This document shows positions 13,147 to 28,787 of a stretch of DNA of 64,000 bases, piece by piece (positions within the stretch are counted from its first letter, which is position 1; each line of letters opens with the position of its first letter). The position numbers were made by a program, and so were the translations under genes. The notes below the pieces were generated by a model. The model saw only the letters and a list, made by a program, of their open reading frames with translations. It ran no database searches and was not told the origin of the DNA. The DNA is from Fistulifera solaris (taxonomy: Eukaryota), in the NCBI GenBank assembly GCA_030295235.1, contig AP026162.1:124001-188000 (forward strand), given 5' to 3'.

Positions 13147-14232
13147 CAGGTGGTCCAGAAAATCTGGACCAGTTGTATTTTCACGCCCCTAGAAAATCTG
13201 AAAGTGCGGCATTTTTACACGTGGTCAAGAAAATCTGGACCACTATAAATTTCAAGTTCCCAGAAAATCTGGGAGAGTGGTGTTTACACGTGGTCCAGAA
13301 AATCTGGACCAGTTGTACTGTATTTTCACGTTCCCAGAAAATCTGGGAGAGTGGTGTGAAGATGTGGTCCAGATAATCTGGACCAACAGTATTTTCACAC
13401 TCCCAGAAAATCTGGGGGAATGATGTTTACACGTGGATCTGGACCAATAGTATTTTCATGCCCCAGAAAATCTGGGTGATCTGTGTTTACACATGGTCCA
13501 GAAAATCTGGACCAATAGTATTTTCATGCCACAGAAAATCTGGGAGAGCGGTGTTTACACATGGTCCAGAAACTCTGGACCAATAGTATTTTCATGCCCC
13601 AGAAAATCTGGGAGAGCGGTGTTTACACATGGTCCAGAAACTCTGGACCAATAGTATTTTCATGCCCCAGAAAATCTGGGAGAGCGGTGTTTACACATGG
13701 TCCAGAAAATCTCGACCAGTTGTAATTTCACGTTCCCAGGAAATCTGGGAGATCGGTGTTTACACGTGGTCCAGAAAATCCAGTTGTATTTACACGGTTC
13801 CAGAAATCTGGGTTTACCCGTGGTCCAGAAAATCTGGACCACTTTTATTTTACGTTCCCAGAAAATCCGGGAGAGTGGTGTTTACGCGTGGTCCAGATAA
13901 TCTGGACCAGTTGTATTCTCACGTTCCCAGGAAATCTGGAAGAGCGGTGTTTACACGTGGTCCAGAAAATCTGGACCAATTGTATTTTCATGCCCCAGAA
14001 AATCTGGAAGAGCGGTGTTTACACGTGGTCCAGAAAATCTGGACCAATTGTATTTTCATGCCCCAGAAAATCTGGGAGAGCGGTGTTTACACATGGACCA
14101 ATAGTATTTTCACGCCCCCAGAAAATCTGGGTGAATGATGTTTACATGTGGTCAAGAAAATCTGGACCAGTTGTATTTTCACGTTCCCAGAAATCTGGGT
14201 TTGATGTTTTACGTACCCAGAAAATATTTGGG
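13147..14232. repeat. 68-bp tandem minisatellite (2 x 34 bp), about 16 units, with palindromic cores
   Basis: Consensus TGGTCCAGAAAATCTGGACCAATAGTATTTTCATGCCCCAGAAAATCTGGGAGAGCGGTGTTTACACA; unit starts at 13494, 13562 and 13630 (68-bp period). Confidence 0.97.
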
Positions 14233-14321
14233 TGAGAGCTGTAAGCTGTAACCTGTACCAGGTACGCAAGTAACCCAAAGCTTTAGTGTAACTGTAACCA
14301 TGTATTGTGTACGTATTGATG

Positions 14322-14800
14322 ATTCATGACTTATGACAGATAATACAGTCGCGGTCTCCAGTAAATACCTGGTATGGAAGACAATGATGTTTCGCAGGCT
14401 CTATTGGGTGCTATTGGCACAAAGGTCAAAGACTCTGGCTTGTCATGCAAGCGCTGCTAGTGGCTATTACAATGCAACAACGACAGAGGGAGCTTCAGTA
14501 GGCAGCATTGTTGGCTCGAAAGAACATCGATTCATGACTAGCGTGCAGTCGTGGCGAATTGGCCCACAGTAAATTAGCATACCAACGTTTTGCGAGGCTC
14601 TCCGAGGTAAAATATAATGGCTTGTTGTGAAAACTCTGCTAGTGACTATTCCAATGCAACAACGACAAAGGGATTCCAGTTATTGTGGTAAAGGAAGGAT
14701 TTTTAAGCAGCATTGTCACTCGAAAGTATACAGGTATTGATACATGACTGAAGTGCAGTCGTGGATAAGCTCGCTTACACTTTCTACTATAGTAATACAG
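14322..14800. repeat. Degenerate ~210-bp tandem repeat (about 3 partial copies) related to 8192-8447
   Basis: CATGACT cores at ~14325, 14533 and 14743; CTATT.CAATGCAACAACGACA.AGGGA at ~14464 and ~14646. Confidence 0.6.
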
Positions 14801-15542
14801 TTGTTCTTCTTTTGAATCAGTCGGAAATTCTGTAGCTCTGTGTCACTCCCCGCACCTGTACCAGGTAAGGGCTGGTTACACGCATGGACGCCCTGTCGCG
14901 ATAGCACCGTGAAAGTACACTTTGTGCTACACTAACCGTCGGAACGAAAATCTCACCATGGAAAAATACCGCACAAATCCAGGCTAAACATGGTGGGGCA
15001 CCGATCGATTAAATAAAGCTCGATTGATATTCTTTTTACTTTTATTATATAATTAAGGAGAGGCGGTTCCAAGAGATGTTTAATTTTCATCAGAGGCGAT
15101 CGGGTTGCGGAGAAAAGGCGTGAATTGATTCTGCCCGTGCTTTTTCACCATAGAAAATCAACTCGAAAGCGAGTATCTCAGCAACAGAAGCGTCAAAATT
15201 GTGGATATCGCACAATAAGCCTTCTATAGCTAATAGCTATTAGATGGCCCAATTCCCACAATTTTGCAGGTCCCTGAACGAAGTTACAGCCTCATGAATC
15301 CTATTTCGCCATGGTCGTCGTGTTTTTATCGCGGTGGAGGTTAATCAATCAACGATAATTCGACTATACGCGTATAATGTAGTTACGTATAAATTCGTAC
15401 CATTTGAACGAGGGGACGGTCGAAAAAGTAACCAGCCCTTACTGCGTATGCACGTATCATCATTCATGCAACAGCGAGGCTTTTTTATAATAACATTGCT
15501 TACAAAGCAGTCTATCATCTTTTCTATCAACAAATACCACAA

Positions 15543-16490
15543 ATGAAACTATCTTTGCTTTTCCTTTCCGCCTTTGCAGCAGCGCAGCCATCACTGGCCT
15601 TTGTGGTGTTACACCGACCCACAAGTCACCGTTCACAACAACGACTCTTTCTTTCGTCCGAGCCGACCAACGAACAGAAAGTCGGCAATTTAGTTGCTGA
15701 CGATGAGTGGAATGGTTTGAGTCTCGAGTTGGCGGAAGTGGTGCGATTGGCGGTGGTAGAAGACTTGAAAAAGAATACACGGGAATTTCTGGGAAAAGAC
15801 GATTACAAAGTAGGAGATTTGAGTAAAGAAATTGACTCGCGTGTCAAACAAGGAGGTGCGTCGTCTGACTGAATTTTGTACATGTATCTGCATACTCCGT
15901 CGGTGATGCCTCAATCATTTCTCGTTATACAGTGGCACAAATGAGGAACAAAGAAGATTACGAATTGGGCGATTTTGTTCTGGCCATGGATGAAATGGCC
16001 AAGAGTATGACCGAACAAATGACGGGCAAAGAATACGAAGCGGGCGATTTATCTTTGGAGTTGGACAAACGGATCAAACAAAAAGTTGCCGATTGGGCCG
16101 GTAAAGAGACGTACGAAGTAGGGGATTTGTCACGTGAAATGGTGAAGCGTGTACAGGTGCGTTGCATCAAAGGTTTCACACGGGTGCCAGTCAAACGAAT
16201 CAATGCTCATCATTTTATTGGTTTACTTTTAACGTTGCATGTAGAGCCGTGTGGAAGAATTTACAGGCAAACCGTACGAATTGGGTGATGTGGCCCGCGA
16301 AATTGAGAATCGACGCCGTAATTGGATCCGTGATTATCTCGGTGCGGAAGCCGCCGATAACTATCAATTTGGGGACATTACGAAAAAGGCCGTTTCACAA
16401 TTTACAGGCAAAGACGAGTACGAGTTTGGCGACATTACGAAGAAAGTCATTGGTGGATTGTTTTCGGGAAAGAAAAAGAAGACGGACTGA
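15543..16490 (+). CDS. Probable plastid-targeted protein with seven Y-x-x-G-D repeats, function unknown
   Basis: Signal peptide ending SLA-F. Introns 15856-15932 and 16157-16244 (GT-AG) join the three ORFs in frame. Repeats: YKVGD, YELGD, YEAGD, YEVGD, YELGD, YQFGD, YEFGD. Confidence 0.8.
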
Positions 16491-16615
16491 TCGACAACGC
16501 TATTTCGGCTAGGTAGGAGAGATACATAGGCATAGTTAGAGCAGAAGAAGATAGCTAGTAAAACAAAACCTATATTGTTATGTATTGATGCCAGACCTTT
16601 TTCCCGTACATGTTT

Positions 16616-17281
16616 TCAAAACAGGAAACGGATTAGCCCCAGCGATTGTGCCAACGTCGACGACCCAAGATACCCCGTGCACAAGTGTGTTGCTGACGAT
16701 GTCGGAATACCACTCGTGTTGGACACGACCGGAGGAATTGTACCACCGTCCGTTTGATTGGTTGTAATGGAAATGGTGGGTGATGCCGTTATCAGAGTAG
16801 GAAACTCCGTGACGATCGAAGGTTCCGAGGATGAGATCACCGGAGCAACACTCGGTGATTCCGTGAATATCACTGGACTTCGCGTCGGGCGAAAGGTCGG
16901 CAGAGTCGTCGGAACACACTGATCCAGATATGGTTGAAAGTCACATTTCAGTTCGCATGTATAATTCAATGTTTGCAACGAAAAAGGATCGACTGTGCAA
17001 GTTTGATACCATGCTAATGCTTCCGCTTCACAGACGGAACAACAGCGTACTAATCCACAAAAGATTCTTTGTACATCATCACAGCTTTCGGGTTGGGGAG
17101 TGACCAAATTGGGCGTTCCGTCGGTCGGATCTGGATCGCAGGCTCCACAGGGACAGGGAGAATTGTTCAAGACGCAATCGCGATAAGGTTGCAAGCCGGC
17201 TGTGGAGCATTCCTGGCCTTGTAGTGTTCTAGGCAAGACGAAGATCCATGAAAGAAGCAAATAGTAGTGATAGAATGCCAT
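16616..17281 (-). CDS. Secreted or cell-surface Cys-rich protein with a Pro/Thr/Ser stalk and hydrophobic C-terminus
   Basis: Hydrophobic N-terminus, Cys-rich domain (CPCGAC, CCSVC), then a PT/PS-rich linker. Confidence 0.7.
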   Translation of the reverse strand: MAFYHYYLLLSWIFVLPRTLQGQECSTAGLQPYRDCVLNNSPCPCGACDPDPTDGTPNLVTPQPESCDDVQRIFCGLVRCCSVCEAEALAWYQTCTVDPFSLQTLNYTCELKCDFQPYLDQCVPTTLPTFRPTRSPVIFTESPSVAPVISSSEPSIVTEFPTLITASPTISITTNQTDGGTIPPVVSNTSGIPTSSATHLCTGYLGSSTLAQSLGLIRFLF

Positions 17282-17807
17282 TTGTGAAAAGTAGCAAGTA
17301 ATATTAGGAAGAAGAAAGAGAAATTAGTAGCGGCATCGTCGTTATTGTCGTCATTCATCTTTCATCTTGTTGCCGAGATGCCGATCTCCATCCATTCGTC
17401 CGTTCATTCGTGTTTCGTTCGTTTGCGTTTTGGCAATACGTCCTTACTTCCGTTGGATTGTGCTGCGACACGTTTTAACTGTTGAAAGTCTGCCCGCCGC
17501 CCGCAGCCACTGCGAAGAACAATGACATTGCCTTTTGCGCGATCTTTCGTCAACATCGCAGGATGCTATAATCTATAATTATTTTTTCATCCTTCATTCC
17601 TCTCATTGTTGCTGTAGTCTACTTCTTGACACCGATTTCAAGAAAGGACGTGTGTGTTAACTGGCGATTTTTCCGTCAATGCGCTTTGAGAAATTCTTGT
17701 CATTCGCCATTTTGAGAATTCCTGCCGTCATGACATTTACGATACGACCGATTTCTTCACGAACAACTACTACTACTTCCTCAAGAGACTCACAAGAACA
17801 AAATAGA

Positions 17808-19076
17808 ATGGATACTATTAATAGCACAGGGGCTGCGCTGGGTGGTACAACAACAACTCAAGCGTCACGAGAAGAAATGCGTCGACGAAGACTGGCGGCT
17901 CTCGGACAAGCTGAATCTTCTACCGCAACGTCCGCTGTTGCTGCTGCGTCTTCTTCCAATCGATGCGCTGCGCGTCATCCTATTTATGACCTTTGTGATA
18001 GCGACGACGATGTTAAAGATGACAATCCACGAACACCAGTCGCTAGCAATGAAAGCGATAGTGACGATGATGATAGTGTCAATCTCTTGGATTATGCTAC
18101 CGTTCCGCCATCGCAGAGCACACTATCTGCTTTGTATGCGTCTTCCAACTCACGAAAACGTCCGGCGGCAGCGCTCTCGTCGATAGATCCCACGTCCCCG
18201 GCGAACTTTCAGATCGTCACCTACAATCTATGGTTTCAAACGGTTCATCCCACCGAACGCATGGAAGCCATTGCACAAATTCTGGCGCAATGTCATCAAC
18301 CCGACAGTCCACTCGTCATGGTAGGGTTCCAAGAGGTCATACCACCGCTGGCGTCCGTGTTATTTCCCGCTCTGGAACGCCAAGGATATACCATCGTGCA
18401 ACAGCCCATTAAATGGGTTCCGTACGGATGTGCCATGGCGATTCGCAATGACGTGGCTACCATCTTGGACTCGGGATTTCGACCCTTCCGACATTCAAAT
18501 ATGGACCGTGGTATCTTGTACGCGCGAATTCGATTGTCGACGGCGCAGGAAATCTTGTTAACTACGACCCATTTGGAATCATGGGCCGGCGAAGACCATC
18601 CTGGATCGACGCAGCGTCAAAGTCAAATTCTCGAAATGGAAGCGTTTTGCGTGCAGACCGTATCCAAACATCCGAATGTACATTGTGCAGTGATTACGGG
18701 TGATTTGAATTGGGATGATGAGCGAGCACGTAGCGCTGGACCGGATCCTGTGATGTTGGGGCATTTGAAAGAGCCATGGAAGGACGCTTGGGTGCATTTG
18801 CACGGCGACAACAAGAAAGCGGTTGGTTACACCTACGACTCCAAGTTAAATCCTATGCTGGGAGGTAATCTTCGGCGACGATTCGACCGCATACTATTGT
18901 ACCCCGACAATGCGTCTCAAGTAAAACACACCGAGTTTCTGGGGAAAGAAGCATTACCGGGCCTTTCGTGGGAGAAGACGAATCCGTACAACAATTCCGT
19001 ACGATCGGTTCCCATTACTCCTAGTGATCATTTTGGTTTACTTGCGCAAATTACCGTCGAGGCGAATCTGAAATGA
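17808..19076 (+). CDS. TDP2: TDP2-like EEP-family phosphodiesterase
   Basis: EEP motifs TYNLWF, GFQEV, TTHLES, GDLNW, DAW, RFDRI and PSDHFG. The start could be any ATG from 17679 to 17808. Confidence 0.8.
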   Translation: MDTINSTGAALGGTTTTQASREEMRRRRLAALGQAESSTATSAVAAASSSNRCAARHPIYDLCDSDDDVKDDNPRTPVASNESDSDDDDSVNLLDYATVPPSQSTLSALYASSNSRKRPAAALSSIDPTSPANFQIVTYNLWFQTVHPTERMEAIAQILAQCHQPDSPLVMVGFQEVIPPLASVLFPALERQGYTIVQQPIKWVPYGCAMAIRNDVATILDSGFRPFRHSNMDRGILYARIRLSTAQEILLTTTHLESWAGEDHPGSTQRQSQILEMEAFCVQTVSKHPNVHCAVITGDLNWDDERARSAGPDPVMLGHLKEPWKDAWVHLHGDNKKAVGYTYDSKLNPMLGGNLRRRFDRILLYPDNASQVKHTEFLGKEALPGLSWEKTNPYNNSVRSVPITPSDHFGLLAQITVEANLK

Positions 19077-20153
19077 ATTTGGGGTCTACTGCGACGAAGC
19101 CATTTTAGCTGTTAGCTAGTCATTCACACACCAAGTTATTCACAAGTCATCTCCTAGCTTCGTAGTTCACAGCTTTAGATTTTAGCTGTCATCCGCCACG
19201 GGTGACAAGTGACAACTTTTAAAGGTCGAAAGTCGAAAAGGACAACTAACTGTTCTTCCGGAACGTTTGGTCTTCGTCCATTAAATTAATTCGCTAGGAT
19301 TCGATCTTCTTTGTACCAAAGTCAAACGTTCCAAGTTTCAAGCCATCATGTGCAGCTGCAAGGGATATGCCAGGTAGATCACATACGGCGGACAGCTAAC
19401 ACATACACTCATGTATCGTAGATCGTAGCTAAGGTTTCTCACTGATCTAAGCTAGTTTACGGGCTACTGGTGATTGATGATTGTGCGTCTACCGTCTACG
19501 GTCGACCGTCTACCACTGATGGCAAATGGCAATACAATATACAATGCTTCAAGTCTTTAAGCGTTGTTAGTTGTTAGGCAAAGGGCAAAGTCTTTGAGCG
19601 TTGTTAGTTGTTAGGCAAAACCAATAACCAATGAGCTGGTCGAAAATCTCTTCCAAGGAACCACGAACCACGAGTCGATAGTCGATCTACTCGCTCCACT
19701 CTTCAATGCAAAAGCTTCAAGCGGGGAATGCGGAGCACATGAAAGACGAATGACCGTAATGACAATGTGCTTGTACATTTTACAACGGGCAAAAGGGGCA
19801 AAGGTCACGGGCAATCGGGTAAATTGAACAATGAATCGTTTTACGAGCAACGAACGGTGGATTACGATCAAGGATCAATATCATCGTAAACCCTACTGAA
19901 ATTGTCATTGTCCGGATTATGGAAAGGAATTTTCTGGTCATAAGTCATAAGTCTTTGCATGTGCTACTTCGTTACAAACAGTGTAGAAATGCTTCGAATT
20001 CGAAGGTCGTACATGAAAACGAGTGTCGCTGTTTTGGGCTTTCCCCGAAGTCCGATTACAGAGATTGGGGACGCAAATACACTACCAGGTACTGGTACTT
20101 TGTTGCCATAAAACAAAAATTGACTCCTCATTCAGCAACATCTTTCACAAAAC

Positions 20154-21841
<1,688 letters not shown>

Positions 21842-23298
21842 TTAAAAAGTATCAGATTCGTAGACGCTGCGAGCAAGGCTCGCATGAGCAACTAGGCTGT
21901 CCCATGCGTCTTCGATAATCTTGGAATAATAAACGACAGTTTCATCATGTTGACAGAACCACTTCGAGCCATCGCTAATGATTCGTTCAAAACATCCCAC
22001 GCCCCAGTTAAAAAGCCGAACTCGCCTTATCAGTAAATCCTCTTAAAATTTATTCGTTCATTTGCACAAAGCGTTCTCTTTTAAGGATGACTCGTTAGTC
22101 TTTTAGTGTCGACAAACTCGGATAATTTCTTTCTTCTTCCGCTTTATGATAATATATCCTAGAAGCTGCATTTCCAACATCATTGTCTCTCGTCCTTTTC
22201 TTTCTCTTTTATCAATAGCTATTTGCCTTGTATTGCTTAATAACGAGTTACTTTTGTGATTGTGGAAGATTCCACTTTTCGTTTATTTCTTTTGCAACGA
22301 AAGTTCATGTGCGAAAAAAAAACGTAGTAATGATGTCTCCGGCAGAGACACCCGGAGGTATCCTTAGTCTCAAGTCTCAAGTCTCAAGTCCCAAGTAGCC
22401 CGAAGTCGAAGTCTCTCCAACAATATCCAATAAGTCACTGGTTTGAGGGACTGAGGCGTATCAGGTAGACCAAAACTTTTAGCTAGACCTGTGCATTTGT
22501 AAAGCGGTACCAGCATTATTAAAAATGATTGACCTGGCTCTACATGGAAAGATAGATTGGATGGAGAATGGAGAGCCAACCGTCAACATGGAGATTCGGC
22601 CGTGCTACGACTACGATAATCTTCTCTCAAATTAGTGCAGGTCGCGAAAAGGCCTTCTATAAGTGGCCACGGAATGTGTTTGCTAACTCATGACCACGAT
22701 CCGGTTAAGATTTTCCAAGGATTGGGCATTGGTCGCACGCGGATCGGGACTATAGGTTCAACGATGATGATATTTTAAAAGCGCTCGTTCGCAAAAGATG
22801 TTTCAGACCGGATCCCTTTGAACGTTACCTCAGGATATTACTTGTGCTTTGCGCTTCCTTCGCTTGCATCGACGATCGACGTCGCCTTAAAAATAAAGTG
22901 AGAGTCAAGTCGTCGTCGTCCTCTAGCCCTGGTTCGTGCTTCGTTGTGTTCGCTCGTCTGCCTTCTGCCTTTCTTTTTTGTGACTTGTGACTTGTGGTAG
23001 TAGTAGTCTTTAAAAGTGAAAGGTCATTGCAATATTTGCAATAAGTCATCGGCCTTATTATTTCATGATTACGAAAACAAATAGTATACTCTTTTCTGTA
23101 CTTGTGTTCTCCACTAACAGCTAATGCTTCTCTTCGGGAAATCCTATTTAAAGTCTCCACTCTACCTCTCTAGCGAATAAACGAATAAGAATAAACCCTT
23201 TAGAAACTCCGACAAAGGCTCAAATTTCAATCAGAAGGATTCCGGCGCATTGCGATAAAGCATTACTTTCTCGTGCCATAAATTTCTTGCTAACTAAA

Positions 23299-24854
<1,556 letters not shown>

Positions 24855-26387
24855 CTATCCATGCTCTTCATAACGAAGGTCACAATCCAGTAATTTCGTG
24901 GCCAACACTATTCATAACTCCTCGCATAATCAATCAATTATTGCGTAACTTCTGGGTCTCTTTCGTCTAGTGCATGCGATAATTCATTATCAAATGAGTG
25001 AGTTTTGTCTGCCGAATCCATAATAAGATAGCTGGTTGACACAAAAAGCAAGAATGGCAGCACAAAACGGTTCGTGTCTTGTTCTCGTTGCATCAAAACG
25101 GCAAATTAGAAATTCAGAAACAAAAGCAGGGTACATCGGCGTGGTAGTCTCTTGAAAAGGCAGTCAAGAAACGTATTTTTTCGCCGACCTGTAACTCTTC
25201 AACGTCATCCATCGATTCAATGAAGGTACTACCTTCTTTCGATTACGGATTATCGTGATTTCTGGCTTCTCAACATCTGCCTGTTTTTTTAAATGAATTG
25301 TGGTTTTGAATAGTCGTCCTTTAAATCACAAATGACTGTATCAATCATTTTTGAGACCGAAGCTCATGCAAAGTACAATTCTGCGATTTCGGCTGTCCGC
25401 TGCAAGTCCTCCAGAAAAATTGTTTGATTTTTATTGCAACTGCTTCAAACGTCGCGCATTTGAAAGTGACGAAGTCAGTGTCATTGTCATACTCAAGTCT
25501 TATTCATCCTAGAAAAGGACAATACGTATTGTGATACCGACGCGGCTCATCATTGCTGAACATAAATAACGCGGCAACGATCGATCGTCACTAACTTTTC
25601 CAGAGAGAAACTGAAACTCATTTGTAACTGACGCTTGAGACAACAGAAAATGCGAGCTTGTCTAATGAAATTACTGTAACTTCTGGCTTAGCTCTTCTAA
25701 TTAAACCTTCTTATGACAACGACAACATCACAGCAACAGCACACGCAGCCGCAGCTTCGTTCGTCGTGACAAAAACGAAGTAGTCCCGCGAAGTTAGTCA
25801 CGAGTTTCGCATTCTACAGCAACTTCCCGCCGTATACGTAATAACTACGTAGCACGTTGACCGATCCCATGCCTGTAGAAACTAGGAACGCCGTCGCCTG
25901 CGGAACGCTTGTAGTTGACCGAATAAAAATTCACGAGTCCTTCTTGTTCTCAATTACACTGTTTCCTGGTAAGCTGTTGGTCGTCGTTAATGGCCATCAC
26001 TATGTCAATTTGATACCGGGTATTCCTCCCTTGAAGTTTTATGTCGGAAAATAATCAAGGAAGAATGAGGCGAGTGAATGCTTTAAACCTTAGCAACCAA
26101 AGATTCCAGATCCAAGTTTTTATGCTGAAATCGCCGTCATTTCCTTTCTGAAACTTGACGCAGCTTGATGCTTCAGGCTTCAGACCTCAGATTCCCAAGC
26201 TCAGGTCTCCGACCTTTGAAGCTGAAGCCTGAAGCCTGAAGTACTTGTAGCTTGGTGGTAATTGGTAATTACTCCGTATCACAAAAGACCGGATTACTGC
26301 TTAATGCAGACACTAAAATAAAGAGAAAGTAGGCGCGGTTTACGATCAATGATCTGAGTCATGATCATGGTCATAGTTACGGGTCAT

Positions 26388-26465
26388 TGGTCGACGACCG
26401 GCGATCGGTGGTCGGTGCTGGTCGGTGGTCGGTGGTTGGTGGTCGGTGGTTGGTGGTCGGTGGTC
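26388..26465. repeat. (TGGTCGG)n heptamer microsatellite
   Basis: Run of TGGTCGG/TGGTTGG units, visible directly. Confidence 0.9.
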
Positions 26466-27025
26466 ATCGAGTAGTTATTGTCACTGTCGTTTTGTCGTCA
26501 GTTCGTCATCTCATTTAATGCAAAGTGTAGAAAAGAAGTAAAGATAACGTGCAATCAATTCCGACTAACTTAAACCGTTTTCAGGAGCCTTATGTCCCGC
26601 TTTCGTAGAAGAGCAAATTGCATTCTCTTGTTCCTTCCTTAGATATGGATATTTGATATTTATGTTAAAGGCAACATATGACACGTATGGCTAACGGCTA
26701 TCGCTAAATAATGACCCATTTTGTCCGAATAAAATAAATTCGGCATTTTCGGATTTCGGAGAAGGCTCTTGTTTCCATCCAACTAAGATACCTAGATACC
26801 TACTTCTTTCTCGTATAAGGTATGGGCTGTGAGCTGTGAGCTGAGCTGCTAACCTACCGGTACTTTACCTGGTTAATGTCCTGATTGGAGATCTCTAGTA
26901 CTTGTAGAGAGTTCTCCTTCCAGGTCATTGCTCTAGAATTTCTCCGAGGATAGTATCATGTGGACGTATCGGTCTCAATCTCATGTCATAATTTCGACTC
27001 CGTAGCAACTGAAACCAATTCGAAG

Positions 27026-28594
27026 ATGCTTGCTTTCTGTTTACTCTTCTTTCTTTGTAACTTGGCTTCTGCACAAGTGCTTGAAAAGATTGGGGACATC
27101 TTTCCAATTCAGTTTCGTTCGAATGGGGTCTCAGATATTGAAGAAAAGGACACGCCTCTCGGTAAATTATACATCTTCACTCATCCTGGGGCTACGTACA
27201 TCGCATTGCACTTTGCTGAGCTTGATTTGCTGGAAGGGGATAGCATCGAAGTCACAGATGCGAACGGCGGTCAAGCATATACACTTACTGGAAAAGGCAA
27301 AGGACGGGGCGCCGCATTTTGGTCTCAACATGTCAAAGGTGACACGATCATCTTAAACACATTGAAAATGAGCCACAATTTTGACAAAAGCAGTCTGTTT
27401 GTGGTTGACGAGTACGCTGCTGGGTTCGAGAGCCTTTCCGAGACTATATGCGGGACTGATAACAAAGAGAATGCTGCCTGTTATCAATCGTCATTTCCCA
27501 CCGAGTACAACAAGTCCAGGGCTGTGGCAAGATTGCTTATCAACGGTAGCAACCTTTGCACGGGCTTTCTGGTGTCGGGATCAAACCACTTGCTGACTAA
27601 TTATCATTGTATCAAAACAGCGGCTGACGCATTGAACACCGACTACGAGTTCATGAGCGAGGCTCCTACCTGCATTTCTTCCAACTCACAACTGAGCCAC
27701 AAAGGAGCGATGTTCGATGGGGCTGTCTTGATCAAGACCAGTGCTGAGCTAGATTACACTTTGGTTCAGCTAAGCAACGGAAATCCATCAAGCTTGTATG
27801 GCTTTCTGGAACTAGACGAGCAACTAGCACCTGTCGGTGGCCAAGTCTACATTCCACAACACCCCGGAGGCAAGGCCAAACAGCTGGCGATTTTCAGTTC
27901 CCATGCCGCGGATGCAAGTGACGGCTTCTGCCACATCAATAACGTTGGTAACACTGGATGTGGTGGAAGCTTTAGCACTAATCTCTTTTATTACTGTGAT
28001 ACGGAAGGAGGCAGCTCTGGATCTCCAGTCATATCAAGATTAACAAACAAAGTCGTCGGGCTCCACAAGTGCGGAGGATGTACAAATGGAAACCACGCAG
28101 CTAGTTCCCACGTCCTTATGAAAGAATTCGGTTCAATCATTGTGTCTCCGCCAGTTCCGGCACCTGTGATCACTCCTGCCCCCGTGGAAGCTCCGAATCC
28201 AGTCGCTACTCCTGCCCCAGTGGCAGCACCAAGTCCGGTCGCCACTCCTATCGGCAGTCCAACAGCGTCTGCCCCTGTTCCAACTCCCACTTCTCCGGTT
28301 GCTACACCCACGATTGCAACTTCTGCCCCCGTGTCCGCCCCAAGTCCAATCGCAACTCCCATCACCGCCCCGACGGCCTTTGCCCCTGTTGAAACGCCGA
28401 CTCCACCGGTCGTCACACCAACGGCTCCTATTCCTGCCCCCGTGGCAGCTCCGAGTCCAATCGCAAAGCCGGTTGCCAAACCGGTCGCCAAGCCTACTCC
28501 AGCAAAACCTAAATGCTTGGTTTCGGGAACACGGTGCTCCGGCCCTTCTAAATGCTGCAGTGGATTTTGCCGGGCCAATCGCAAATGCAGATAA
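27026..28594 (+). CDS. Secreted S1 serine protease, copy 3
   Basis: Same architecture: TNYHCI, LDY, GGSSGSPV, Pro/Thr/Ala stalk and 6-Cys tip. Confidence 0.9.
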   Translation: MLAFCLLFFLCNLASAQVLEKIGDIFPIQFRSNGVSDIEEKDTPLGKLYIFTHPGATYIALHFAELDLLEGDSIEVTDANGGQAYTLTGKGKGRGAAFWSQHVKGDTIILNTLKMSHNFDKSSLFVVDEYAAGFESLSETICGTDNKENAACYQSSFPTEYNKSRAVARLLINGSNLCTGFLVSGSNHLLTNYHCIKTAADALNTDYEFMSEAPTCISSNSQLSHKGAMFDGAVLIKTSAELDYTLVQLSNGNPSSLYGFLELDEQLAPVGGQVYIPQHPGGKAKQLAIFSSHAADASDGFCHINNVGNTGCGGSFSTNLFYYCDTEGGSSGSPVISRLTNKVVGLHKCGGCTNGNHAASSHVLMKEFGSIIVSPPVPAPVITPAPVEAPNPVATPAPVAAPSPVATPIGSPTASAPVPTPTSPVATPTIATSAPVSAPSPIATPITAPTAFAPVETPTPPVVTPTAPIPAPVAAPSPIAKPVAKPVAKPTPAKPKCLVSGTRCSGPSKCCSGFCRANRKCR

Positions 28595-28787
28595 TATATT
28601 ATTACCCTTCAAAACGACCGGCCAATCTATTTTGGTACATTGCAAAGCCCGTTCATAATCACCCTCATAACGCCAATTAAAATCCCATTTTCGTAAAACA
28701 ACTAGTCTGTTCGACTAGACCGTCAATTTCCTGCATGCTAGCTCGTACATCGACTTCGAATTTGCCCGTGCCAATCGTCACATTCGT

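Noticed and set aside
13147..14232. CRISPR-like appearance (regularly spaced palindromic repeats)
   Set aside because: The intervening sequences are themselves repeated, so there are no unique spacers; there are no cas genes and the context is eukaryotic.
13173..14278. ORFs within the 68-bp array
   Set aside because: The period is not a multiple of 3 and the peptides cycle through all frames; this is a repeat artefact.
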